Shown here: positions 55,910-64,000 of the stretch, in pieces
Numbering within the stretch: the first letter of the stretch is position 1
Layout of the letters: the number at the start of each line of letters is the position of its first letter
Source of the DNA: Candidatus Latescibacterota bacterium
GTDB taxonomy: Bacteria > Latescibacterota > UBA2968 > UBA8231
Direction: 5' to 3'
NCBI GenBank assembly: GCA_964291625.2
Contig: OZ220089.1
Location: 2,560,001 to 2,624,000, forward strand
DNA: 64,000 bases
Program-made: the position numbers and the translations under genes
Notes under the pieces: generated by a model
Seen by the model: only the letters and a program-made list of their open reading frames with translations
Told to the model about the DNA's origin: nothing
Database searches by the model: none

Positions 55910-56563
55910 ATGAGCGTGATCGCCCCTCCGGGGCGGGCGTTCTTCCGCTTCGCCTTCCCTTGCCGCTACCGGGAGGATCCGCCCGTCGTCGACGGGAACC
56001 TGCGAGACTGGGACTCGTCTTATCGGGTTCCACCCCTGTTGGAGGTCGATGGGGGCTCCAGCTTCGCCGATCTGTACATGGCCTGGAGCGACGCCGGGCT
56101 GTGGTTCGCGGTGCAGGTGAAGGGCAAGCAGAGCTTCCGGATCGATCCCCGCAACCACTGGCAGGCCGACTCCTTCGAGGTATGGATCGACACCCGGGAC
56201 GTGAAGGACAGCCACCGGGCCAACCGCTATTGCCACCACTTCCTCTTCCTGCCGGGAGGCAGGGGCCGGCACGGCAGGGAGCCGATCGGCCGCCAGACGT
56301 CGATCGACCGGGCCCGGGAGCAGGCGCCGCCGTGCCCCGAGGACGCCCTGCAGGTCGGTCTGCGGCGACTGAAGCGGAGCTACCAGATGGAGGTCTTCGT
56401 GCCGGCGGAAGGGCTCAACGGCTACCGTCCCCGGGAGTTCGACCGAATCGGCTTCAACTACGTCCTCAACGATGTCGATCACGGGTCCCAGTCCTGGTCG
56501 GTCGACCGCTCTCCCCCCTTCTACTCGGACCCGAGCCGCTGGGGCACGGCGGAGTTGCGCTGA
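55910..56563 (+). CDS. CBM9-like (DOMON-like) beta-sandwich protein, no signal peptide
   Basis: VDGNLRDW, MAWSD.GL.FAV.V, DSFEVWID, Y..E..VP, IGFN..NDVD, P..WG. Confidence 0.75.
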   Translation: MSVIAPPGRAFFRFAFPCRYREDPPVVDGNLRDWDSSYRVPPLLEVDGGSSFADLYMAWSDAGLWFAVQVKGKQSFRIDPRNHWQADSFEVWIDTRDVKDSHRANRYCHHFLFLPGGRGRHGREPIGRQTSIDRAREQAPPCPEDALQVGLRRLKRSYQMEVFVPAEGLNGYRPREFDRIGFNYVLNDVDHGSQSWSVDRSPPFYSDPSRWGTAELR

Positions 56564-56616
56564 CGCCGCCCCTTGCTTTCGGCGCCTGGGCGCCCCTCGT
56601 ACCTTAGGCCGTTCTC

Positions 56617-59412
56617 ATGACCCCACTGCAAGTTCATCGCCTGGCCGGCGGGGCTGTCTTCCTGATCACCCTCGGTCTGTACACGCAGACCATGGCGCCC
56701 TCCACCTCGTTCTGGGACACGGGCGAGTTCATCACCTGCTCCCACGTCCTGGGGGTCCCCCATCCGCCCGGATCGCCCCTGTACGTGCTCCTGGGGCGCG
56801 TCTTCAGCCTCTTCCCGGTCGGCACCGTCGCCAACCGGGTCGTCTTCATGTCCGTCCTGGCTTCGGCCCTGGCGGTCTGGTTCACCTACCAGAGCGCCGT
56901 GGCCCTCTGCCGCCGCGCCATGGGGGGCGAGGCGCTGCGGTTCTTCGGAGACGCCCGCGACTGGACGGCCACCCTGGGCTCGGCGGTCGCCGCCCTGTGC
57001 CTGGCCACCTCCTACACCTTCTGGTTCAACGGCACCGAGGCCGAGGTCTACGCCTACTCGCTGTTCTTCGTCTGCGGCGGCCTGTGGCTGATCCTCTACT
57101 GGGAGGGCACGCGGCACGGCGCCGGCAACGACCGCTGGCTGTTCTTCATCGCCTACTTCTTCGGGCTCGGAGGCGGTCTCCACCTCCTCTGTCTCCTGAC
57201 CATCCCCAGCCTCGTGCTGCTGGCCTGGTTCGGCGACCAGCAACTGCGGCGTTTCATCCTGATCCTGCTCCTTGGCGGATTCGCCGCCGCCGTGTCCATG
57301 AGCGCCTTCGCGCCGTACCCGCCCACGGCGGGGCTCCTCGCCCTGGCCGCCGGCGCCGCGGCCCTCGCCCTGGCCGCCTGGGCCGCCTCCGCCCACCCCG
57401 AGTACCGCAAGAGCCTGGCGGTCGTGCTCGGCATCGGTGCCGCCTGGATCCTGGCCCAGGCCCTCGGATCGACGGCCCTCCAGGGGCTCGTGCTGGTGGC
57501 GGGCGGCGCCGGCCTGGTGGCGCACCTCTACCGGGAGGACCGCCGGGCCCTGGGGCTGATGGTCGGAGTGGGGGTCCTCTTCCTGCTCGGGTACTCGACC
57601 TACATGGCCCTGTTCCTGCGCTCCGGGCTGGACCCGGCCATCGACATGAACGACCCGGAGAACCTGGGCAACTTCCTCTCCTTCCTCCGCCGCGAGCAGT
57701 ACGGCACGGAGAGCCAGTTGCTGGGCATGCTCACGCCCCGGGCCGACCGCGTCTACCAGTTGTGGCACCAGCAGTTCAAGTACTTCCTGCAGCAGTGGCC
57801 CTTCCCCTTCCTCGAGCGGGACATGGTGTTCCGTTGGGCCACCGAGAGGGCGCCCCACGTGATCTCGGTCTCCGCCGTGCCGCTGCTGGTCGGTCTTCTC
57901 GGCCTGGGGTGGCAGCTGCAGCGGGACTGGCGCCGGTTCCTGGCCCTCTTCCTGATGTTCCTGGTCATGGGCTTCGGGCTGTCCTTCTACCTGAACATGC
58001 CCGACCCGCAGCCGCGAGAGCGCCACTACGTCTTCGGGGGCATGTTCCTGGCCTGGGTCCTGTGGATGGGCCTCGGCTGGACCGCCGTCGTCGAGGCCCT
58101 GCGCCGGAGGTTCGCGCTGCGGACGGGATGGGTCGCCGCCGTTTCCTGCACGGGGCTTCTGCTTCCGGCCGGCGTCGGCGCGAAACTGCACCACATCGAG
58201 GACCGCCGGGGGGACTACATCGCCTGGGACTACGCCCACAACCTGCTGCAGTCCTGCGACCCGAACTCGCTGCTCTTCACCAACGGCGACAACGACACCT
58301 TTCCCCTGTGGTTCCTGCAGCACGTGGAGGGCATCCGCCGGGACGTGAGCATCATCAACCTGAGCCTGCTCAACACGGGGTGGTACATCAAGCAGCTGCG
58401 CGACCGCGAGCCCCGGGTGGCCATGTCCAGGGACGGCGGGGAACCGCTGGGCGACGTCTTCATCGACTCCACCCTCACCGACACGCAGATGGTCGATCTC
58501 GAAAAGCGGCTGTGGCTGACGCCGAGAAGGCCGCAGGAGTTCAGGGATCTCGGCCTCGACGTGAAGGTCTCGGCGCCGCCGGGCCACAACCTGCTGCGGG
58601 TGCAGGACATCATGGTCATCGGCATCGTCTACTGGAACGACTTCAGGCGGCCCGTCCACTTCGCCATCACCGTGGCCGGCTCCAACCGCGTCGGTCTCGA
58701 CCCCTATCTCGAGATGGAGGGCATGACCCTGAAGCTGAAGCGGGAGAAGGTCCGGGGCAGCGGCAACGCCGAGGCCCTGGCCCGCAACCTGATGGAAGTC
58801 TACCGCTTCCGGGGCGTTCGGGACGAGTCGATCTACAAGGACGAGAACACCAGCCGGCTTCTGCAGAACTACCGGGCCTGCGTCCTGACCCTGGCCGACA
58901 TCTACCAGACCGAGGGGCGGATCGACGAGATGGCCCGGCTGCTCCGCTGGGCCGAGGAGAACGTCCCCATGGGCTGGGAGGGCCTCTATGCCGCCAGCGA
59001 GAACTACCGGGCGGCGGGGCGCCATGACCTGGCCGCCGAGTTCGTCGAGAAGGCGGCCCACGGGCTCATCGATGTATACGGCGGGGATCCATCGGCGACC
59101 TACGACAACGCCCTGGCCCTGGCCACCATCCTCTACAACGACTACGGGGCCTTGGACCGGGCCGAGGAGGTCTACCGCCGGACCATCGCCCTGCGTCCCC
59201 GCGGCTATGCCGCCTACCACGAGCTGGCCGCCACCCTGCAGGCGGGGGGCCGCACTCGGGAGGCCCTCGGCGTGATCGACGGCTACGTCGAGGAATACGG
59301 GGAGCTCGACTCGGCCAGCCTGGATCGGGGGATCCTGGTCAAGGCCTTGGAGCGCCTCGAGTCGGCCGCCGCCGAGACGGCGGCCACCGGGTCCGGCGCC
59401 TCGGCCGAATGA
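56617..59412 (+). CDS. DUF2723 / TMEM260-like GT-C glycosyltransferase with C-terminal TPRs
   Basis: SFWDTGEF, GVPHPPGSPLY, EAEVY, PQPRERHY, FTNGDNDTFPLW, NLSLLNT.WY; many TM helices; TPR tail. Confidence 0.88.
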   Translation: MTPLQVHRLAGGAVFLITLGLYTQTMAPSTSFWDTGEFITCSHVLGVPHPPGSPLYVLLGRVFSLFPVGTVANRVVFMSVLASALAVWFTYQSAVALCRRAMGGEALRFFGDARDWTATLGSAVAALCLATSYTFWFNGTEAEVYAYSLFFVCGGLWLILYWEGTRHGAGNDRWLFFIAYFFGLGGGLHLLCLLTIPSLVLLAWFGDQQLRRFILILLLGGFAAAVSMSAFAPYPPTAGLLALAAGAAALALAAWAASAHPEYRKSLAVVLGIGAAWILAQALGSTALQGLVLVAGGAGLVAHLYREDRRALGLMVGVGVLFLLGYSTYMALFLRSGLDPAIDMNDPENLGNFLSFLRREQYGTESQLLGMLTPRADRVYQLWHQQFKYFLQQWPFPFLERDMVFRWATERAPHVISVSAVPLLVGLLGLGWQLQRDWRRFLALFLMFLVMGFGLSFYLNMPDPQPRERHYVFGGMFLAWVLWMGLGWTAVVEALRRRFALRTGWVAAVSCTGLLLPAGVGAKLHHIEDRRGDYIAWDYAHNLLQSCDPNSLLFTNGDNDTFPLWFLQHVEGIRRDVSIINLSLLNTGWYIKQLRDREPRVAMSRDGGEPLGDVFIDSTLTDTQMVDLEKRLWLTPRRPQEFRDLGLDVKVSAPPGHNLLRVQDIMVIGIVYWNDFRRPVHFAITVAGSNRVGLDPYLEMEGMTLKLKREKVRGSGNAEALARNLMEVYRFRGVRDESIYKDENTSRLLQNYRACVLTLADIYQTEGRIDEMARLLRWAEENVPMGWEGLYAASENYRAAGRHDLAAEFVEKAAHGLIDVYGGDPSATYDNALALATILYNDYGALDRAEEVYRRTIALRPRGYAAYHELAATLQAGGRTREALGVIDGYVEEYGELDSASLDRGILVKALERLESAAAETAATGSGASAE

Positions 59413-60452
59413 CCCCCGGGCCGGAGCCGGCCACGACGGTCGTCATCCCCCACTACCGGGCCGACACCCTCAGCGACTGCCTCGATTCCCTGTACCGGCA
59501 CAGCGGCCGGCCGGTGCGCGTTCTGGTCGTCGACGACGGCGGCGGGGGTCCGGCCCTGGAGCGCGCCCGCGGCCGGTTCCCCCGGTTGGAGGTCCTGAGC
59601 AATGAACGGCGCCTCGGCTTCACGGGTTCGTGCAACCGGGGCCTGGAGGCGGCGGAGACGCCCTTTGCCCTGCTTCTGAACGACGACACCCGAGTGACGC
59701 CGGGCTGGCTCGCCCCGCTGGAGGAAGCGGCCTCGGCGGCCCCGGGGGTGGCCGTGTGCCAGCCCAAGCTGTTGTGGGAGACCCGGCCCGGGTACTTCGA
59801 TCCCAGCGGCGCCGCCGGCGGCTACATCGACCGCCTCGGGTACACCTTCTGCAGGGGCCGGATCTTCGACACGGTGGAGCGCGACGAGGGGCAGTACGAC
59901 CGTCGCCGGGAGCTGTTCTGGGCCTGCGGCACGGCCATGTTCCTCCGTCTCGAGGCGGTGCGCGAGGTTGGTCCCCTCGACCTGGACTACTTCATGCACT
60001 TCGAGGAGATCGATCTGTGCTGGCGCCTGCGTCTGGCGGGCTGGCGGATCCTCGCCGTGCCGGAGTCCAGGGTCTTCCACCACTCGGCGCGGTCCCTCCC
60101 GGCCGACAGCTTCCGCAAGGTCTACCTCAACCACCGCAACAACCTGGTGGCGCTGATCAAGAACCTGCCCGCCCGCCGCCTTCTGTGGCTCCTGCCCGTG
60201 CGGGTGCTCCTGGAGCTGCTCGCCTGCGTGCGCTACGCGGCACGGCGGCCCCTTTGCGCCGCGGGGCCCCTGGCCGGCCTGGCATGGATCGCCGCCCATC
60301 CGGGAAACCTGTGGCGCCGCCGCCGGGACAGCCGCCGCCTCGCCGCCGCCGGCCGTGAGACGGGAGAGGCAGGCGTGTTCCCCGGGAGCGCTTTGATCCA
60401 CTACTACCTGCTGCGGCGGCGCACGGCATCGGCGCTGATGGGGGAACGCTGA
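59409..60452 (+). CDS. Glycosyltransferase family 2
   Basis: VVIP, VVDD, GF..SCNRG, LLNDD, WACG, HFEEIDLCWR. Confidence 0.92.
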   Translation: MTPGPEPATTVVIPHYRADTLSDCLDSLYRHSGRPVRVLVVDDGGGGPALERARGRFPRLEVLSNERRLGFTGSCNRGLEAAETPFALLLNDDTRVTPGWLAPLEEAASAAPGVAVCQPKLLWETRPGYFDPSGAAGGYIDRLGYTFCRGRIFDTVERDEGQYDRRRELFWACGTAMFLRLEAVREVGPLDLDYFMHFEEIDLCWRLRLAGWRILAVPESRVFHHSARSLPADSFRKVYLNHRNNLVALIKNLPARRLLWLLPVRVLLELLACVRYAARRPLCAAGPLAGLAWIAAHPGNLWRRRRDSRRLAAAGRETGEAGVFPGSALIHYYLLRRRTASALMGER

Positions 60453-61468
60453 TGCCAGCCCCCGGACGCCGGAAAGACCGCAGCGGCGACGGCCCGCCCG
60501 CCAGGTCGGCCTGGCGCCGTTTCGGCGATCCCTTCCTCAAGCTGATGGTGAGCGGAGGGCTCCTCTACTGGCTGCTGTCCCAGTCCGACCTGCAGGCTTT
60601 CGCCCGCGTCCTGGGCCGCACCGACGCCGCCCTCTTCGCGGCGGCGGCCTGTTTCTTCGTGTTGAGCAACGCTCTCGGCGCCGGACAGTGGTACCTGTTG
60701 CTGCGCGGCCAGTCCCTCGCCGTCTCTCCGGGTCAGACGGCGGTCGTCTACTGGGTGGGGGTGTTCTTCAACAACCTGCTCCCCGGCAACATCGGCGGCG
60801 ACGCCGTGCGCATCTACGACGTGCGCCGCCTCACGGGGGCCACCGGCCGCGCCGCGGCGGCGACCTTCATGGATCGCTTCATCGGCCTGTTCTCCACCTG
60901 CTGCCTGGCGTTGGGGGCCTGCGCCCTGGTGGCCGAGGTGCGGCGCCCCGGCCTGGTCACCCTCCTCGGCACCGTCTGGCTGACGCTGGCGGCGATGCTG
61001 GCCATGGGGCTGAGCCGGCGCCTCGGCCGGGTCCGGGGCTTCCTCGGCCTGCTGCTGCCGCGCCGCCTCGCGGCGGGCGTCGAGAGGCTGCGGTCCTCGA
61101 TCGCCGTCTACCGCGAGCAGACAGGCCTGCTGGCCGCTGCCTGGGCGGTCTCCCTCGGCGTGCAGTTCAGCCGCATCCTCGTGTACTGGGCGGCGGGACT
61201 GGCCGTCGGCCTCGACGTGGGGTTGCGCTATTTCATGGGATTCCAGCCGGCGGCGGCGATCGTCGCGGCGCTGCCCATCTCGGTGGGCGGACTCGGAGTG
61301 CGCGAAGGCGTGCTGGTCGAGCTCTTCGGGGGGGTTGGGGTCGAGGAGAGCCTCGCCTTCGCCGCCTCGCTGCTGGGCTACGCCGCCGGCATCAGCGCCA
61401 GTGCCCTGGGGGGCATCGCCTTCGTGCTGCGCCGCACCGGCCCGCGGCGCGAGCCCAGGGCCGCCTGA
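60452..61468 (+). CDS. LPG-synthase TM region / UPF0104 flippase-like membrane protein
   Basis: FFNNLLPG.IGGD..R, MDR..GL, LPISVGGLGVREG. Confidence 0.9.
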   Translation: MPAPGRRKDRSGDGPPARSAWRRFGDPFLKLMVSGGLLYWLLSQSDLQAFARVLGRTDAALFAAAACFFVLSNALGAGQWYLLLRGQSLAVSPGQTAVVYWVGVFFNNLLPGNIGGDAVRIYDVRRLTGATGRAAAATFMDRFIGLFSTCCLALGACALVAEVRRPGLVTLLGTVWLTLAAMLAMGLSRRLGRVRGFLGLLLPRRLAAGVERLRSSIAVYREQTGLLAAAWAVSLGVQFSRILVYWAAGLAVGLDVGLRYFMGFQPAAAIVAALPISVGGLGVREGVLVELFGGVGVEESLAFAASLLGYAAGISASALGGIAFVLRRTGPRREPRAA

Positions 61469-62634
61469 TGGTCGAGCTCGGCTGCGAGCGGCTTTTCGCC
61501 GACCCGCGGGACTTTCGACTGGTGGAGGGGCGCCGTGTCGGGCTGGTGACCAACCCCTCCGGCGTCGACCGGCGCCTGCGCGCCACCGCCGACGTGCTGC
61601 ACGCCCGCGCCGATGTCGAGCTGGTCATGCTCTTCGGCCCCGAGCACGGGATCCGGGGGGACGCCGAGGACGGGGTCGCGGTGGAGACCGCCGTCGACGC
61701 CCGCACCGGCGTCCCGGCGGTCAGTCTCTACGGCGAGCGCCGTCAGCCCACCCCCGAGGAGCTCGATCAGCTCGACGTGCTGCTCTTCGACATCCAGGAC
61801 GTGGGAGTGCGGTTCTACACCTACCTGTATACCATGAGCCTGGCCATGGAGGCTTGCGCCGAGGCGGGCGTTCCCTTCGTGGTTCTCGACCGGCCGAACC
61901 CGCTCGGCGGCCTCGTGGTGGAAGGAAACGTGCTCGAGGCGCCGGCCTTCGTCTCCTTCGTGGGGCGTTACCCGATCCCGGTGCGCTACGGCCTGACCAT
62001 CGGTGAGTTGGCGGGGCTGTTCAACGAGGAGTACGGGATCGGCGCCGATCTGCACGTGGTCGAGATGAGGGGATGGCGGCGGAGCATGCGCTGGCGCGAC
62101 ACCTCAATCCCCTGGGTGCCGCCGTCGCCGAACATGCCGACCCCGGAGACCGTGGCGGTGTACCCGGGCATGTGCTTCTTCGAGGGGACCAATGTCTCCG
62201 AGGGCCGGGGCACGACCAGCCCCTTCGAGCAGATCGGCGCGCCGTACATCGACGGCTTCGTCCTCGCCGGCCGCGTCGAGGCCCTGGGGCTGCCGGCCGC
62301 CGCCGTCAGGCCGATCTGCTTCCAGCCTTCCTTCGGCAAGCACGAGGGCCTCTCGTGCGCGGGGGTCCAGCTGCACGTCACGGGAGACGAGGGCTTCTCC
62401 CCCGTGCGCACCGGCTTCCACCTGCTCGCCGCGGTGCGCCGCGGCTGGCCGGAGGATTTCGAGTGGCGAACGAACCCCGAGGGCATCCACAACTTCGACA
62501 AGCTCGCCGGCACCAGCACGGTCCGCGAGGCCCTGGACGCAGGCGCCGATGTGGACGACCTGATCGACCAGTGGGCGCGGGACCGGCACCCCTTCGAGGA
62601 ATGCCGGCGGCGGCACCTGCGCTACTGTGGGTGA
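61468..62634 (+). CDS. namZ: Exo-beta-N-acetylmuramidase NamZ (DUF1343)
   Basis: GLVTNPSG, FGPEHG, DIQDVGVRFYTY, LDRPNP, PSPNMP, SEGRGT. Confidence 0.93.
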   Translation: MVELGCERLFADPRDFRLVEGRRVGLVTNPSGVDRRLRATADVLHARADVELVMLFGPEHGIRGDAEDGVAVETAVDARTGVPAVSLYGERRQPTPEELDQLDVLLFDIQDVGVRFYTYLYTMSLAMEACAEAGVPFVVLDRPNPLGGLVVEGNVLEAPAFVSFVGRYPIPVRYGLTIGELAGLFNEEYGIGADLHVVEMRGWRRSMRWRDTSIPWVPPSPNMPTPETVAVYPGMCFFEGTNVSEGRGTTSPFEQIGAPYIDGFVLAGRVEALGLPAAAVRPICFQPSFGKHEGLSCAGVQLHVTGDEGFSPVRTGFHLLAAVRRGWPEDFEWRTNPEGIHNFDKLAGTSTVREALDAGADVDDLIDQWARDRHPFEECRRRHLRYCG

Positions 62635-62677
62635 GGCCGCGTTGACCGGGTTTCGAAGGCCGGCTTGATTCTCCTCC

Positions 62678-63268
62678 ATGCCGGCGCCGCTCGAACCGGG
62701 GACCTTCCTCATCGCCTCTCTCGGCCTGGAGGATCCCGCCTTCTCCAGGACCATCGTCCTCATTCTGCAGCACATGCCCGATGAGGTCACCCTCGGGGTG
62801 GTCATCAACCGCCCCCTCGGGGAGCGGGCCAAGCTCTATCCGCGGGAAGAGCTCGACCGCCTGACCCTGGGGATGGGACGGGAGTCCGCCGGCCGCGGCG
62901 AGATGTTCTACCAGGGAGGCCCGGTGGAGCCCGGCTCCCTGATTTTCCTGCACCGGGTGGAGCACCTTCGGGGAGAGGCCACGCCGATCCGCCCCGGGCT
63001 GTTCGCCGGCGGCGATCTCGACTCCCTGCGCGAGTACCGGGCCGGGGCCGGGGAGTCCCCCTTCCTGCGCTTCTTCCTGGGCTATTCGGAGTGGCAGCCG
63101 GGCCAGCTGGAGTCGGAGATCGCCCTCGGCGCCTGGATCCTGGCCCCCGGCGACCTCGACCTGATCTTCAGCGACGATCCGGGGGCCATGTGGCAGCAGG
63201 CCCTGATCGCCCTGGGCGGCAAGTACGTGCCCATGTCGTTCATCCCCGAGGACCCGACCCTCAACTAG
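62678..63268 (+). CDS. YqgE/AlgH family protein (DUF179)
   Basis: LIAS..L.DP.F.RT, GVVINRP, GGPV, GYSEW..GQLE.E, P.DP.LN. Confidence 0.93.
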   Translation: MPAPLEPGTFLIASLGLEDPAFSRTIVLILQHMPDEVTLGVVINRPLGERAKLYPREELDRLTLGMGRESAGRGEMFYQGGPVEPGSLIFLHRVEHLRGEATPIRPGLFAGGDLDSLREYRAGAGESPFLRFFLGYSEWQPGQLESEIALGAWILAPGDLDLIFSDDPGAMWQQALIALGGKYVPMSFIPEDPTLN

Positions 63269-64000
63269 CAGATCAGACCGCGCTTGGCGCGGATCCCGTG
63301 CAACATGGGGTCGTCGCCGATCCAGCGTTCGTCCACCGGCTCCGAGGCCAGCTGGTAGCGGGAGTCGGAGGACAGCCGGATGCGGTCCGAGCGGTTGTCG
63401 AAGCTGGCGTGCATGGTGTACATGGTCAGCACCAGCAGGTCGCCGGCGCGGTAGTCGGCGGTCAGCCAGCGCCCGCCCAGCTCGCGCCGGGTGGCGATGG
63501 CGTCCGGGGAGTAGTGCCCGCGCCCCTGCCACTCGATCCGCTGCTGTTCCTCGGGGGTCAGCTCCCGGCCGTCGGCCTGCGCGTCGGGGACGATGCGGGC
63601 CCCGTCCCCCCGGTTCTCGCAGTACATGTCGACGTCGGCGGCGCCGTAGGTGCGGCGCACCTCCTGCAGACGATGGGATCCCTCGAGGACGAGGAGACCG
63701 CCGTGCTCGCGAGGAACGTCGCCGAGGGGCGTCCAGGAGGTCCGGAGGTCCTTCGTCCCCCGGCCCATGAAGACCACGTCGTAGTGGGGCTGGGTCACCG
63801 ACGGTCCCGGCATCTTGGCGCGGAACCAGGTGTAGTCGAAGTGGCGTACGGGGCCGCCGAGGAGGCCCTCGTAGAAGGCGATCATGGGGCCGGCGTACAA
63901 CACCCGGTCCAAGGGGGGGTTGTCCCTGGCCAGATCGTGGGCGTTGGCGAGGTCGGCCCCGGGGAGCACGACACCGTCCATGAGGGGGTGATCGGTGTTG
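63265..64000 (-). CDS. PhyH family dioxygenase, C-terminal part; the frame continues past the window end
   Basis: PHYD.VFMGRG, WTPLGD...GGL..LEGSH, HAS.DN...RLS.D.RYQ; the frame is open to position 64000. Confidence 0.85.
   Translation of the reverse strand, partial: NTDHPLMDGVVLPGADLANAHDLARDNPPLDRVLYAGPMIAFYEGLLGGPVRHFDYTWFRAKMPGPSVTQPHYDVVFMGRGTKDLRTSWTPLGDVPREHGGLLVLEGSHRLQEVRRTYGAADVDMYCENRGDGARIVPDAQADGRELTPEEQQRIEWQGRGHYSPDAIATRRELGGRWLTADYRAGDLLVLTMYTMHASFDNRSDRIRLSSDSRYQLASEPVDERWIGDDPMLHGIRAKRGLIC

Overview
GC-rich bacterial chromosomal window, almost fully coding (about 52 genes plus tRNA-Gln(UUG)). I found no CRISPR array, rRNA, IS or prophage. Housekeeping blocks: ccmF/ccmE-peptidase-DegP-sigma54 activator-giant TPR protein (minus strand); ispE-tRNA-Gln-rplY-pth-membrane pyrophosphatase-rpsF-DUF2232-rplI; gap; a double-length uvrA. 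Accessory content: two tandem secreted beta-helix proteins with T9SS-type C-terminal domains; NAD-linked formate dehydrogenase; an AbiEii-like nucleotidyltransferase toxin-antitoxin pair; ATP-dependent DNA ligase next to a DUF1016-N/degenerate-nuclease fusion; dgcN-dgcA D-glutamate genes; a bacterial C2H2 zinc-finger protein; and a DUF2723(TMEM260-like)-GT2-flippase-NamZ operon. The YPNPFNP-type C-terminal domains, DUF2723, and multiple PhyH/amidohydrolase/SGNH genes suggest an FCB-group lineage such as Latescibacterota or Gemmatimonadota (inference only). Three genes are broken by single-base deletions in G/C homopolymers, probably long-read assembly errors. The best candidates for an undescribed system are the TMEM260-like glycosylation operon, the ligase/DUF1016-nuclease pair, the C2H2-finger gene pair and a switch-like RNA leader at about 50 kb. 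All family assignments come from motif recognition by eye, not database searches.
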